64,000 bases of DNA from positions 620,001-684,000 of the forward strand of contig CP060764.1 of assembly GCA_023205875.1 (NCBI GenBank), in the 5' to 3' direction. A model generated the notes under the pieces. It had not been told where the DNA came from and made no database searches. It saw only the letters and a list, made by a program, of their open reading frames with translations. Positions 1-9,842 of the stretch are shown one piece after another; position 1 is the first letter of the stretch, and the number at the start of each line of letters is the position of its first letter. The DNA comes from Chloropicon primus. Taxonomy: Eukaryota. The position numbers and the translations under genes are program-made.

Positions 1-1
1 G

Positions 2-739
2 ATCGACTCGGGGTGCGCCACGCTTGCGGAGGTGAAGAAGAGGGGTCCCGCTTTCTGGGGGGAGTTCGAGTTTTACTTGAGCGACCTTGTGGTCGGCATC
101 TTCCTTGACGTCGCCCTGGTGACCCTGCTGGCTCCGACTTGCATGGCGGGTGCGACCAACATCGTCAAGGTCGCCGGGAAAACGAAGGGCCTCGCAAAGT
201 ATTCGCAGATGTTCCTGTCGTTCCAAAAGAGCCTGCCGTCGGCGGTGTTCGAGAAGTCTGTCAAGGGGCTTAGGGTCTACACACCGCAGCAGAGGATCAC
301 CGCCTTCTTGTACAAGGGCCTGGAGTACGCTTTCGTTGGATTCGCGTGTGGACTGGTGGGGCAGAGCATGGCCAACACCGCCATGATCGCCAAGAGAGCC
401 TACAAGAGGTCAAAGATCGCCTCGCAGTCGTCCGACGCGGCGGGTGCCTCGGTGGCGGGTCTGAGCGCCGGCGAAGGAGACTTCGACTCCGAGGTCCTGG
501 ACGAAGTTCCCGTGCCTCCTCTGTTCCGAACGGCCTTGGTTTGGGCGCTCTTCATGGGGGTGTCCTCGAACACGAGGTACCAGGTGGTCTTCGGCCTGGA
601 GAGGCTCGTGGAGGGCACCGTGCTGGCCAAGAACGTCCCAATGATCGCCAACTTGGCCACGATAGCCATTAGGTTTGCCAACAACATTTATGGAGGGGAG
701 CAATTCATTGACATGGCGAGGTGGGCTGGCGTGCAGTAA
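2..739 (+). CDS. RETICULATA-related plastid envelope protein (DUF3411), 5'-truncated by the window edge
   Basis: Frame is open from position 2. The motifs FWGEFEFYLSDLVVG..DVALVTLLAP, WALFMGVSSNTRYQ and RFANNIYGGEQFIDMARWAGVQ match the RETICULATA family. Confidence 0.88.
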   Translation: MDSGCATLAEVKKRGPAFWGEFEFYLSDLVVGIFLDVALVTLLAPTCMAGATNIVKVAGKTKGLAKYSQMFLSFQKSLPSAVFEKSVKGLRVYTPQQRITAFLYKGLEYAFVGFACGLVGQSMANTAMIAKRAYKRSKIASQSSDAAGASVAGLSAGEGDFDSEVLDEVPVPPLFRTALVWALFMGVSSNTRYQVVFGLERLVEGTVLAKNVPMIANLATIAIRFANNIYGGEQFIDMARWAGVQ

Positions 740-849
740 CTCAGGGAACCGAGCCAAGCAAAGGTGCACGAATTTTTATTCTTGAATACATGTTTCGGGC
801 TTTTTTAGGGACGACTGCACCGTGTACACGGCGGGCCTCTCCTTTCTTT

Positions 850-1803
850 CTACTCAATGTCCAGCTCCTTCAGCGTTTTCATGACGATGTTCGAGATGAA
901 AGTGGTGGCGAGGAGTGTGCCCCCCACACCGATGGCCAGGGGGGCGACGCTCCCGAGCGATCCCGAACCGCCCCCGCTCGTCTGCTCGAGCACGGACTTG
1001 CTCACATCGCCGGCGCTGACGTACGCGAAGGTTCCAGGAAACATCCCCAGCCAGGACCCCAAGACGTACGAGCCCAGGTCCACGCTGGTCAGGCCGTAGA
1101 GGTAGTTCGACAACGCAAAGGGGAGCAAGGGGGAGAGCCTGAGGAAAAGCACGAGCTTGAAGGACTCCTTCCCGATTGCCTTGTCTATCGCCGCGAACTT
1201 CTCGTTCTTCTGAGCGATCTCCAGCACCCTGTCCCTCGCGACGTAGCGAGCGATGAGGAACGCTATGGTCGCCGCGATGGTGGCGCTGATGGAGACGATG
1301 ACGGAGCCCAAAAGGGGCCCGAAGAGCACGCCGGCCGTCATGGTCAGGGGTATTGCTGGCACGGCGAGGACTTCCAAGACTATGTAAGCCCCTGCATAGG
1401 CGAGGTAACCAAAGCTCCCCCACTCCTCCAGCAGGGCGCTGAAGACCACGAGTGACGAGTAGATGTCATCCTTGTAGACCACGCCCAGGCCGACCAGAAG
1501 GGCAATGCCCAGGACCGCGGCCCCGGTCCCGGCCAGCGCGGTCGCGCTCCCGCTTCCTCCCCCCTCCTCCGCGCCCTGCTCCCCCCCTTCCGCGATAGAC
1601 GACGACGCGGTGGTCGAAGTCTCCTCCTCCCTGGTCGCCCTAGTCGCCCCCCTCCCTCCGACAACATCTTCGCGCCCCCTCGCTTCCCTGGCGGGTCTCA
1701 CAGCCAGCCTCCTCTTCGGAAGATGGTGCGCGGGCTTCCTCCGCCGACACCCCGGCCCTCCCAACACCCCCGCCGCAACCCTCGACCTCGCACCGATCGC
1801 CAT
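850..1803 (-). CDS. TVP38/TMEM64 (SNARE-associated, VTT/DedA domain) membrane protein, probably plastid-targeted
   Basis: Motifs LAVPAIPLTMTAGVLFG and LRLSPLLPFALSNYLYGLT..YVLGSWLGMFPGTFAYV. Arg/Ala-rich N-terminus from the ATG at 1803. Confidence 0.88.
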   Translation of the reverse strand: MAIGARSRVAAGVLGGPGCRRRKPAHHLPKRRLAVRPAREARGREDVVGGRGATRATREEETSTTASSSIAEGGEQGAEEGGGSGSATALAGTGAAVLGIALLVGLGVVYKDDIYSSLVVFSALLEEWGSFGYLAYAGAYIVLEVLAVPAIPLTMTAGVLFGPLLGSVIVSISATIAATIAFLIARYVARDRVLEIAQKNEKFAAIDKAIGKESFKLVLFLRLSPLLPFALSNYLYGLTSVDLGSYVLGSWLGMFPGTFAYVSAGDVSKSVLEQTSGGGSGSLGSVAPLAIGVGGTLLATTFISNIVMKTLKELDIE

Positions 1804-2165
1804 CTTCCTTATCCTCATCCACTGCCAGCCACGAGCTCCTGAGATTCTGGAGAGATCCTCTCCAGCTTTGAGCCAGGAGCCAGGAGGAGAACTTGAGGAG
1901 GGGGAGAGCTTGATGTGGTGTGAGTGTGATGTCAAGGCAGGGTCAAGGCGGGGGTGTCCAAGGACTCGAGGGTGAGGCTGGGCAACTGGGAGCGGGAGGA
2001 GCTCGATTATTGCAACATCAAGGGCGTTTGCTCGGACCTCTCTCAAGGTGGCTCGTTGTTTTTGGGATTCCCCTTCCTTCGCTTACTCGTGACAAACTCT
2101 TGTGCTGGTCGCTGGCGTGAAGCTTGTGCAGGACAGTCTCTAGTCTCTAGTCTACAATGAATAAG

Positions 2166-3242
2166 TTATGTTGATGATGGGCAAGGGACGGAAGCTTGCA
2201 CCTCGATGACCCGGACGTCGGGATGATCCGCGGACGCGAGGGAGTAGTGGAAGTCCATGCAGTTGGTGGCCCCCGCGTGGTTTCCGTTCTTGTCCAAAGC
2301 GAGCAAGGCGCCCTGGAAGGTCGGGTGCCGGCGCCTGATTCTCCCCAGGGCCTCCTCCACCGCAGATTTCGGTGACATTCCTCGCCTCATGGACTCCACC
2401 ACTTGGTAACAGGGGACGAACCTCATCATGACGTCCCCGTCCCCCGTTGCTCCGCAGCCACCCACCTCGCTATCGACGTACGCGCCGCTGCCGGGGACGC
2501 CGGAATCCGCCAACCGGCCCGGAACCTTGTGCGTGGCACCGTTGGTCGACGTTCCGGCGGCCATGGAGCCCCTCGAATTCAGGGCGATCATGGCGATGGT
2601 GTCGTGGTTGTTCCTTCCGAACGTCCCAACCGGGCTGCGAGCGGCCCCCACACCGCCCTTCCGGTCTCCCGCCCCGGCATTCGGAGCGTAGGGCCCGCAA
2701 GAATCCCTTGGGTTGGGGTGAACGTTCCTCCTGTAGTTCGGCTGGCACGCGCCTCTCTCCCACTGGGACCACAGGGCCTTGCTGAAGTTGGTGACCAGGC
2801 TGCCTTGCGCCAGTCCCATGGCCCGAGCAAACTCGTCCGCGTCCCGTCCCGCCAGGATCGTGTGGTTTGTCGTCTCCATCACAAGCCTCGCAGCGGAGAT
2901 CGCTTGCTTGGTGGCGTGCAGGTTGACAGCAGAGCCCGCCTCCATGGTATCGCCGTTCATTATCATGGCGTCCAGCGTGGTTTGCCCCCACTCGTCCGGC
3001 GAGCCCCCGTAGCCAACCGTGTGATCGCACTGCTCCACCTCGCACACCGACACGCCCTTTTCCACCGCGGTGAGCGCGTCCTCGGTCCTCAACACGCTCC
3101 ACGCCTCCCTCGTTGCATCCACGAACGGCCACGTGTTCACAACAACCTCTGGCGCAGTCCCGAAGCAACTCACCCCACCCACCAGCGACGATCCCACGAC
3201 CGCCACGACCGCCACGACAAGCCCTAGCCTTCGTCCCACCAT
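2166..3242 (-). CDS. AGA: N(4)-(beta-N-acetylglucosaminyl)-L-asparaginase (glycosylasparaginase, Ntn hydrolase)
   Basis: Signal peptide, VVVNTWPF, CDHTVGYGGSPDE, autocleavage site HD/TIAM, AGTSTNG and GATGDGDVMMRF. Confidence 0.93.
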   Translation of the reverse strand: MVGRRLGLVVAVVAVVGSSLVGGVSCFGTAPEVVVNTWPFVDATREAWSVLRTEDALTAVEKGVSVCEVEQCDHTVGYGGSPDEWGQTTLDAMIMNGDTMEAGSAVNLHATKQAISAARLVMETTNHTILAGRDADEFARAMGLAQGSLVTNFSKALWSQWERGACQPNYRRNVHPNPRDSCGPYAPNAGAGDRKGGVGAARSPVGTFGRNNHDTIAMIALNSRGSMAAGTSTNGATHKVPGRLADSGVPGSGAYVDSEVGGCGATGDGDVMMRFVPCYQVVESMRRGMSPKSAVEEALGRIRRRHPTFQGALLALDKNGNHAGATNCMDFHYSLASADHPDVRVIEVQASVPCPSST

Positions 3243-3739
3243 CCTAGTCCTCCCCTGTGCTGCTACTGCTGCTGGTGATGCCGATGCTGGTGATGCTGGT
3301 GACGTTGTTGTTGTTGCTGAATCGTTGGATGAAGCCCTCCTATGTTGTTGTTGTTGTTGTTGCTGCTGCTGCTGAGTCGATGGACGAAGGATGGTCTGCC
3401 TTGCACGGAGTTGAGGCGGCACTCTTCGATCGCAAGCCTCTCGCCTCCTCGTCCTCCTCGTCCTCTGGGCGAAAGCCACCGATCAATTGATTACTGGAGG
3501 GCGCGAACGAGGAGCTCCTCGAGGGGAGGGAAGAGGACGGGAGAGTGAGGGGGGGGTTGGGTTTCTTTGTGTGTGTGTGTGTGTGTGTGTGTTGCGTTTC
3601 TTTCTTCGGGTGTTTCTCTCTTTCTTCGCCTCGTCCGTTTGTCGGTCGAAGAAACGAACGACGACGACGACGACGACGAGGAGGGGAGGGGAGGGGAGGG
3701 GAGGGGTGAGAATATCGAGGACACGACGCGAGGAGGGCG

Positions 3740-6700
3740 ATGAGCTGGGGCTGGAAGGGAGTGAAGGGCTTGTTCAAAGGGAGCGGGGGAGAGATATCCC
3801 CGAGGGACAAGAGTCAGTCGAGAGAGAGGGAGAGGGAAGGGGTCGGGGGGACCTCCTCGGGGGCACCAGGGGACGTGAACAAGTTCTGGATTGATGACAA
3901 GCTTGTGAGAGTGTGCTACGAATGCGATGTCGCGTTCACGCTTTTCAACAGACGGCACCACTGCCGGAAGTGCGGCAAAGTGTTTTGCTCCAAGTGTGCG
4001 AGCAACACCATACCCTCCGTCAGCGACACGAACGGGGAGACCCAGGTCAGGGTGTGCAACTACTGCTACCAGCTCTACCTGGAGCGGCCGGACGCGTACA
4101 GCAAGTTCAGGCCGGCGGTGAAGAGGGTGTCGATGAGCCACAGGCTGACGGCGAGCGCGGTGGACGAGGTTGCGGTGAAGAAGGGGAAAGGGAAGGGGCA
4201 GCCCCGTGCTCCAGGGTCCGGGGAGAAGGCCATGGCAGCCGTGCTGGAGGAGCACAGGGACAACTCGGGAAGCTTTGGCGACCGGCGCGAGGGGCTTGCT
4301 TCGAGCCCCTTGGCGATAAACGGGAAGGTGGCGTCCACGCCCAAGGACGCTTCCAAGCCGTCCCAGGGGAGGGAAGTTACGATGGCTGGGTCGTACGTAG
4401 AGCACGCCAGCTCGTCCTGGGCTCCGATGCAGGACGGTCCGGGGTCGATGGACAGGGCCGGGTCGGCCAAAGGGGCTCTGGGGTCGAGCTCGAGCCAGCT
4501 GCAATCGGCGAATTCTTGCAGCTACGGGAATGAAACGATACTGGAGGAGGACGGCGGGAGCGGCGGCAAGAAGGATAACAAGGACTTGCTCGCTCTCGGC
4601 ATCGGTTCGGAAGAAGTTCAAGACGATGTTTGGTCGGTTCCAAGCCAAGTCCTGGATCTGACTGCGGACATAGGAGAAAATTCTCTGCAAGTGAAGCTGT
4701 TTCGGTACTTGCAGAAGCTTGGAAACGAGTTTGAGGCTCTGGCGGGCGAGCACCTGAAAAGCATCATCAGGACGCTGCTGGCCCACCACAGCATAGACTC
4801 GCACGAGGAGTGGCTCGACATCATCCAAGAGACTGTGACGAGGGCTGCGGCAAACATAGACAGGCTAGAAATGCCCGGAAACGCCCCGCAGGACCCCAGA
4901 GATTACATCAAGGTCAAGAGGGTTGGGTCCGGCAAGCCCTCAGACTCGTACTTGGTGAAGGGCCTGGTCTTCAGCAAAAACATAGCGCACAGGAGGATGC
5001 CAAGCGACATCAAGTCTCCCAAGATTTTGCTACTAGGGTGTGCGGTAGAGTACGAAAGGATGCAAAATCGCCTCTCGAGCGTGGATATCCTCCTTGAGCA
5101 AGAGAGGGAGCATCTCAGGCTGTCCGTGGCGAGAATATTGCAGTACAGGCCGACCCTGATCTTCGTTGAAAAGACGGTGGCCAGAAACGCCCAGGAGCTG
5201 CTGCTTCAAGCGGGTGTGACGCTAGTGCTGAAAGTGAAGCCCTCCCTGATGAACCACATCTCCCGGCTGACGGGGTCAGACATCGTCCAAAACCTTGCAG
5301 ACATCAGGCCCGACAATTTCGGGACCTGCGATCACTTCTATGTGAAGACTTTCAAGCTCTCTCCGGAGGAGGTGGCCTTGGAGGGGAAGCTTGCATCGAA
5401 GACGAAGACTCTGCTCTTCCTGGATGGATGCCCATACAAAGCGGGCTGCAGTATTATCCTCAAGGGGTCTTCTCTCAGCAGTCTGCTGATACTGAAAAAG
5501 ATCATTACGTTCGGGGTCTATGCTGCTTACCACCACAAGATCGAATGCAAGTTTTTGCCCTTGCAGTGCATCTCTGCATGGAACCCCGCATCCACCGTGA
5601 CGAGCGACAAGCTGGTCAAGGGGCTGAGGCAATCCTACGACCGTGTCAGGGATAAGAACGCGGGGTGCGAAATCAGCATATCTCCCTTTATGCTAAACAC
5701 TGGCAGTTCCCGGGAGGGGGGTCACAGGGGTCACAGAGAGAGCAGCGACATTGGGAGCTTTCAGCACTTCTTCGTCTCCCTTGCAAGCAGGTGCCCATCC
5801 AGAGGACTTCTTTGTGAGGCGCCCTCAGTCCACGACATCGCGTTCTACGAGAGCAGCGACGTTTCTCTGGTCCGGTTTCTTCGCGCGGCCCTTCCAGAGC
5901 CAAATCGGCATTGCCCCCACCCCAGGTGCGGGGATGGCCCCTCAAAGCACATCCGAGCTTACGTTTCCGGAAACTACTGTGTGACGCTGACGGTGAAGGA
6001 GCTGGCGGATGAGAATGCTCTGCCGGGGAAAGAGGCGAATGTGATTTGGGCGTGGCGACAAGGTCCCCACGAGGCAGCAAAGGACTGTATCAGAGTCCCG
6101 ATGACTCTGGAGGCCGGGCAAATCAGTCTTGGCATCTTCTTGCAGTACTTCTTTGCTGCTCCAACGTTGAAGGGGCCGGATGGACACAGACTTAACAACG
6201 ATTTCGCGTGCTACTTTGGAATCGGGAAAGGGATAGCCAGGTTCACTTGCGAGAAGATAAAGCCTTTGGGGGTCTACTTGCCGCCTATCCCAATGACGTA
6301 CAATGCAGAGATCGATGACAAGTGGCTGATTAACGAGGGAAGCGAAGTTCTGTCATTCTGCGAGGATATCTTTGGGAGGATAGAGAACATGATCGGGCGA
6401 GTGAAGCACAAGATCAAATCGAGCACGTCGTCAAGCAAGGAAGAATACGTGAAAATCAAGGAGCTCGAAGAAGAGGTGAAGCAGGAAAGGCAGAGCCTTG
6501 AAGCGTTTGTGTCTCCAAAGAGCAGGTCACTGATCAATTTCGGAGAATTGTCTCAGCTGAAGGTCTTTGAAATGAACAGGGTGAGGAAGAAGATGGTGAT
6601 ATTCGCAAGTTCGTGTATCTCCAAAACAATCTACATCAACGACGGGTTGTCAGCTCAGACCCCGGGGCACTCGAGGCAAAAGTCGCTTCTTGGCAACTGG

Positions 6701-8131
6701 CTCGAGCAGGTCCGCGACGACGTGCTGCAAAATGGTTCGAAGGGCGAGGCCAGGGAAAAGGAAGACCCTTCGTCCCAGGGCCTGGCTTCCAAAAAATCTG
6801 AGACTGCAGACAACCTCTCGATAAGCCATGCTTCCTCCAGCGGACGTAACGCAAACTCAAAGCAGTCCCAGTCGCAGAGCCTGCAAAGCATGAAGAGTGC
6901 AACGGATCCGATTCCTCACTTCAAGACGTTGAACACGTCTGCTTTGAGCTGGTCTGGGAGATTCACGTTGCCCCAAAGCACGGAGGAGAAAGTCGTGGCG
7001 GTCTATGACGACGAGCCTACTTCCTTGATAGGGTATGTCCTCATGTCCAACCAGTACCACGAGAGGTTGGAGGAGCTGAAGCAGGAGTCACTACAGAAAA
7101 GCGTGGAAAACATGTCGACGAGTAGCCCTTCTGCGGGAGATCAGTCAAACGCAACTTCGCAGGATAGCGCAGTCACGGGATCTGACACTGCAAAGGAGCT
7201 CATCCTTTCGGAGGACACTACGCACATAAGGCACTCGTTCGAAGACTTTGCCAAGGATGGGCAATCAAAGGTTCACTTTCAAGTCACGGTGTACTATGCA
7301 ACGCAGTTTCAAGAGATAAGGCGCCTGTTTGGGAAGGGTGATGAGACCTTCATTCACTCTCTCCTCCGGTGCAAAAAGTGGGAGACGAAGGGGGGCAAGT
7401 CAAATGCTTACTTTGCAAAAACGCTGGATGACCGGTTCGTGGTGAAGCAGATGTCCAAAACGGAAATCTCGTCTTTCCTCACGTTTGCTCCTTCTTACTT
7501 TCGATACATGAACACCAAGCTGGACAGCACCAAAGAGAGGTGTTGCCTGGCCAAGATCTTTGGGGTTTACCAGGTCGTTATCAAGCACCCAAGCAGTGCG
7601 GGCGGGGCAAGCAAAGACATCCGCTTGGATGTCATGATCATGGAGAACATCTTTTACGCCAAGGCCATATCCAGAATCTACGATCTCAAAGGCTCCATCA
7701 GGAGCAGGTACAACGCGGAGCCCACGGCCAGCAACGCCGTCCTCCTGGACGAGAATTTGCTGGAAATCTTGCCTGCCTCGCCAATTTTGGTGGAGCAGGA
7801 CGCGAGAGCAAAGCTGGAGAGGTCCATGTGGAAGGACACCTCCTTCCTCGCTCAGCTTGGCGTGATGGACTACAGTCTCCTGGTGGGCATCGATGAAATA
7901 AACGGCGAGCTTGTCGTTGGAATTATCGACTACATCAGGCAGTACACTTGGGACAAGCAGCTGGAAACCTGGGTGAAGAGCAGCGGTATCCTGGGCGGTG
8001 CTGGAAAGGTTCCTACGATCATCTCCCCAAAGCAGTACATGAAGCGCTTCAGGATTGCAATGATGGTGTACTTCACGTTGGTGCCCTCCGACGAGCCTCC
8101 CGAGGACAGCCTCGATCCAGAGGCAATGTAA
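3740..8131 (+). CDS. FAB1: 1-phosphatidylinositol-3-phosphate 5-kinase (FAB1/PIKfyve)
   Basis: FYVE finger (RRHHCRKCGKVFC), a CCT/TCP-1-like domain (KNIAHRRM) and a C-terminal PIPK domain (GGKSNAYF, YDLKGS, MDYSLLVG, GIIDYIRQYTWDK). Confidence 0.96.
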   Translation: MSWGWKGVKGLFKGSGGEISPRDKSQSREREREGVGGTSSGAPGDVNKFWIDDKLVRVCYECDVAFTLFNRRHHCRKCGKVFCSKCASNTIPSVSDTNGETQVRVCNYCYQLYLERPDAYSKFRPAVKRVSMSHRLTASAVDEVAVKKGKGKGQPRAPGSGEKAMAAVLEEHRDNSGSFGDRREGLASSPLAINGKVASTPKDASKPSQGREVTMAGSYVEHASSSWAPMQDGPGSMDRAGSAKGALGSSSSQLQSANSCSYGNETILEEDGGSGGKKDNKDLLALGIGSEEVQDDVWSVPSQVLDLTADIGENSLQVKLFRYLQKLGNEFEALAGEHLKSIIRTLLAHHSIDSHEEWLDIIQETVTRAAANIDRLEMPGNAPQDPRDYIKVKRVGSGKPSDSYLVKGLVFSKNIAHRRMPSDIKSPKILLLGCAVEYERMQNRLSSVDILLEQEREHLRLSVARILQYRPTLIFVEKTVARNAQELLLQAGVTLVLKVKPSLMNHISRLTGSDIVQNLADIRPDNFGTCDHFYVKTFKLSPEEVALEGKLASKTKTLLFLDGCPYKAGCSIILKGSSLSSLLILKKIITFGVYAAYHHKIECKFLPLQCISAWNPASTVTSDKLVKGLRQSYDRVRDKNAGCEISISPFMLNTGSSREGGHRGHRESSDIGSFQHFFVSLASRCPSRGLLCEAPSVHDIAFYESSDVSLVRFLRAALPEPNRHCPHPRCGDGPSKHIRAYVSGNYCVTLTVKELADENALPGKEANVIWAWRQGPHEAAKDCIRVPMTLEAGQISLGIFLQYFFAAPTLKGPDGHRLNNDFACYFGIGKGIARFTCEKIKPLGVYLPPIPMTYNAEIDDKWLINEGSEVLSFCEDIFGRIENMIGRVKHKIKSSTSSSKEEYVKIKELEEEVKQERQSLEAFVSPKSRSLINFGELSQLKVFEMNRVRKKMVIFASSCISKTIYINDGLSAQTPGHSRQKSLLGNWLEQVRDDVLQNGSKGEAREKEDPSSQGLASKKSETADNLSISHASSSGRNANSKQSQSQSLQSMKSATDPIPHFKTLNTSALSWSGRFTLPQSTEEKVVAVYDDEPTSLIGYVLMSNQYHERLEELKQESLQKSVENMSTSSPSAGDQSNATSQDSAVTGSDTAKELILSEDTTHIRHSFEDFAKDGQSKVHFQVTVYYATQFQEIRRLFGKGDETFIHSLLRCKKWETKGGKSNAYFAKTLDDRFVVKQMSKTEISSFLTFAPSYFRYMNTKLDSTKERCCLAKIFGVYQVVIKHPSSAGGASKDIRLDVMIMENIFYAKAISRIYDLKGSIRSRYNAEPTASNAVLLDENLLEILPASPILVEQDARAKLERSMWKDTSFLAQLGVMDYSLLVGIDEINGELVVGIIDYIRQYTWDKQLETWVKSSGILGGAGKVPTIISPKQYMKRFRIAMMVYFTLVPSDEPPEDSLDPEAM

Positions 8132-8173
8132 ACGTGTATCTATATTTGTATTAAACAAACTTTTAGTCGAGTC

Positions 8174-9154
8174 TTAAATAGAGCCGTAAGATCCCCCCGC
8201 GGTGCTCTGTGGAATGCCGCCCGCCGTGTCTTGAGATCCGTACATGTTCGCCCCTCCGTTGCTGTTGTATCCGCCGCCGCTTCCGCTGCGGTCGATCTGC
8301 AACAAGCCGGCGAAGAATGCAAAGGCAACGATGTTCAGGCAACTCAAGAGGAAGGCCATGCCGCCAACAGTTCCAAGCATCATGTTCGTGGTGTACAGCT
8401 TCACCTGCTTGTGCTCCTCGAAGCCACCGAACTCGTGGCCCAGGGTGAAAGAGGCGTGTGGGCCCGCGTCCTGAGTCGAGTTCCACATCATGTACTGCCC
8501 GTAGTTCAAGTCAGCGAACCAGCGCGCCTTTCCCTTGAAGTCGTACTTCTTGACCTTCATGTAGAACTCCGAAGTCCTGTGCTGCAAGACGGTCTTCCAC
8601 TTGTACGTGTTCGAGACCGGCTCCTGGAAGATGGCCTCTGGCCAAACGTCGTGGTTGGCCCAGGTCGTGATCCTGGCCTGACCCTGGTTCACCAAATCGT
8701 TGTAGGTGATGTCGCACTTGATGAAGAAGGAGGAGTCCAGCCCAATGTAGTCCTGCTTCTCGTTCACGGTGAAGCAGTTGAACAACTCGGTGGCGCTCGA
8801 GATGGTCCCGATGGAAATCTGCTGGGGGACGGGGTTGAAGCTACGGAAGCTGTTTGGTCCGTAGCCGGAGCAAGAGAGCTGCTTGATCTGGCCCTCGAAG
8901 TCGCTCGTGGTGGGACAGATGGAAATCACTGGGAACCTCTCCTCCCTCATCGCCTTGTGCTCAGACTTGGAGTCCCAAACTTGCGTGAAGTGCATCACGT
9001 CGTTGGCTCTGTGAAGCCTGGCGTCTTCCACGCAAAACAGGGAGAAACCAGTGATACTCAACACCACAGTGATGAAAGTCTTCAGCTGCAGAGCCCTGTC
9101 GTGCTTCACGTCCTCCATGAAGTCCCTAACGTAATCCATCGCCACAGTACTCAT
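8174..9154 (-). CDS. Two-TM membrane protein with a large luminal loop; candidate DEG/ENaC/PAC-fold channel
   Basis: 326 aa ORF with coding-type codon bias. TM1 near aa 26-42, an FPVISICP motif, and TM2 LGTVGGMAFLLS..., followed by a C-terminal YGSI. Confidence 0.6.
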   Translation of the reverse strand: MSTVAMDYVRDFMEDVKHDRALQLKTFITVVLSITGFSLFCVEDARLHRANDVMHFTQVWDSKSEHKAMREERFPVISICPTTSDFEGQIKQLSCSGYGPNSFRSFNPVPQQISIGTISSATELFNCFTVNEKQDYIGLDSSFFIKCDITYNDLVNQGQARITTWANHDVWPEAIFQEPVSNTYKWKTVLQHRTSEFYMKVKKYDFKGKARWFADLNYGQYMMWNSTQDAGPHASFTLGHEFGGFEEHKQVKLYTTNMMLGTVGGMAFLLSCLNIVAFAFFAGLLQIDRSGSGGGYNSNGGANMYGSQDTAGGIPQSTAGGSYGSI

Positions 9155-9842
9155 CTTCTTCGCTCTTCTCTCTCAACACCAACACCTAACCAAAGACGAA
9201 AGACGAAAGACGAAAGAGGGAAGAGGAAACCAAAACCTACCAGTCAGTCCCAAGATGGGAAAACACCAACCCAGCACGAAGCCACGCGAAGCCAGGGGAA
9301 AGGGTCGAGGTCTCGTTCCTTCCGATCGCCGTCGCCCTCCGTCCACCGTCCTCCGTCCTCGTCCTCGCACTCACCTCGTGACCTTGGTCGTGGTCGACGT
9401 CCGTCCGGCCTTCTCTTCTCTCTTCTCAGCCGCTTTATGCTTTGGCGCCTTCGCTGAGTTGGCAAGAGGCCGAGGGGAGAGGAAGAGAGCGGTGGCTTCT
9501 TGAGGGGTACAGAACGAGGACGGACGAGGACGGGAAGGGAACACGAAAGAGGGCGTAGTGCATCGGAAGACCTTTCGTTTCGTGTGTCGCACGTGGGGAC
9601 TTTTTGTCTTGGGGGTTGGGAGGGTTGGATTCGAGGACGAGGGAGGGAGGCCTTGTGAACTTGGGCACCGGGTCGTGCGATACACGAGGGGGAGGGGGGA
9701 GACGGAGGACACAGCACGCTTCCTTGCTCGCTTGCTTGATCGAGCTTCGCTTGAAACGTTCCAAGGAGCAGCAGGGTGTCCTTTTATATTCAAGAGAGGG
9801 TGGTTGATTGATTGTATTTTTTTTGTGGAGTGAATCAGGAGG

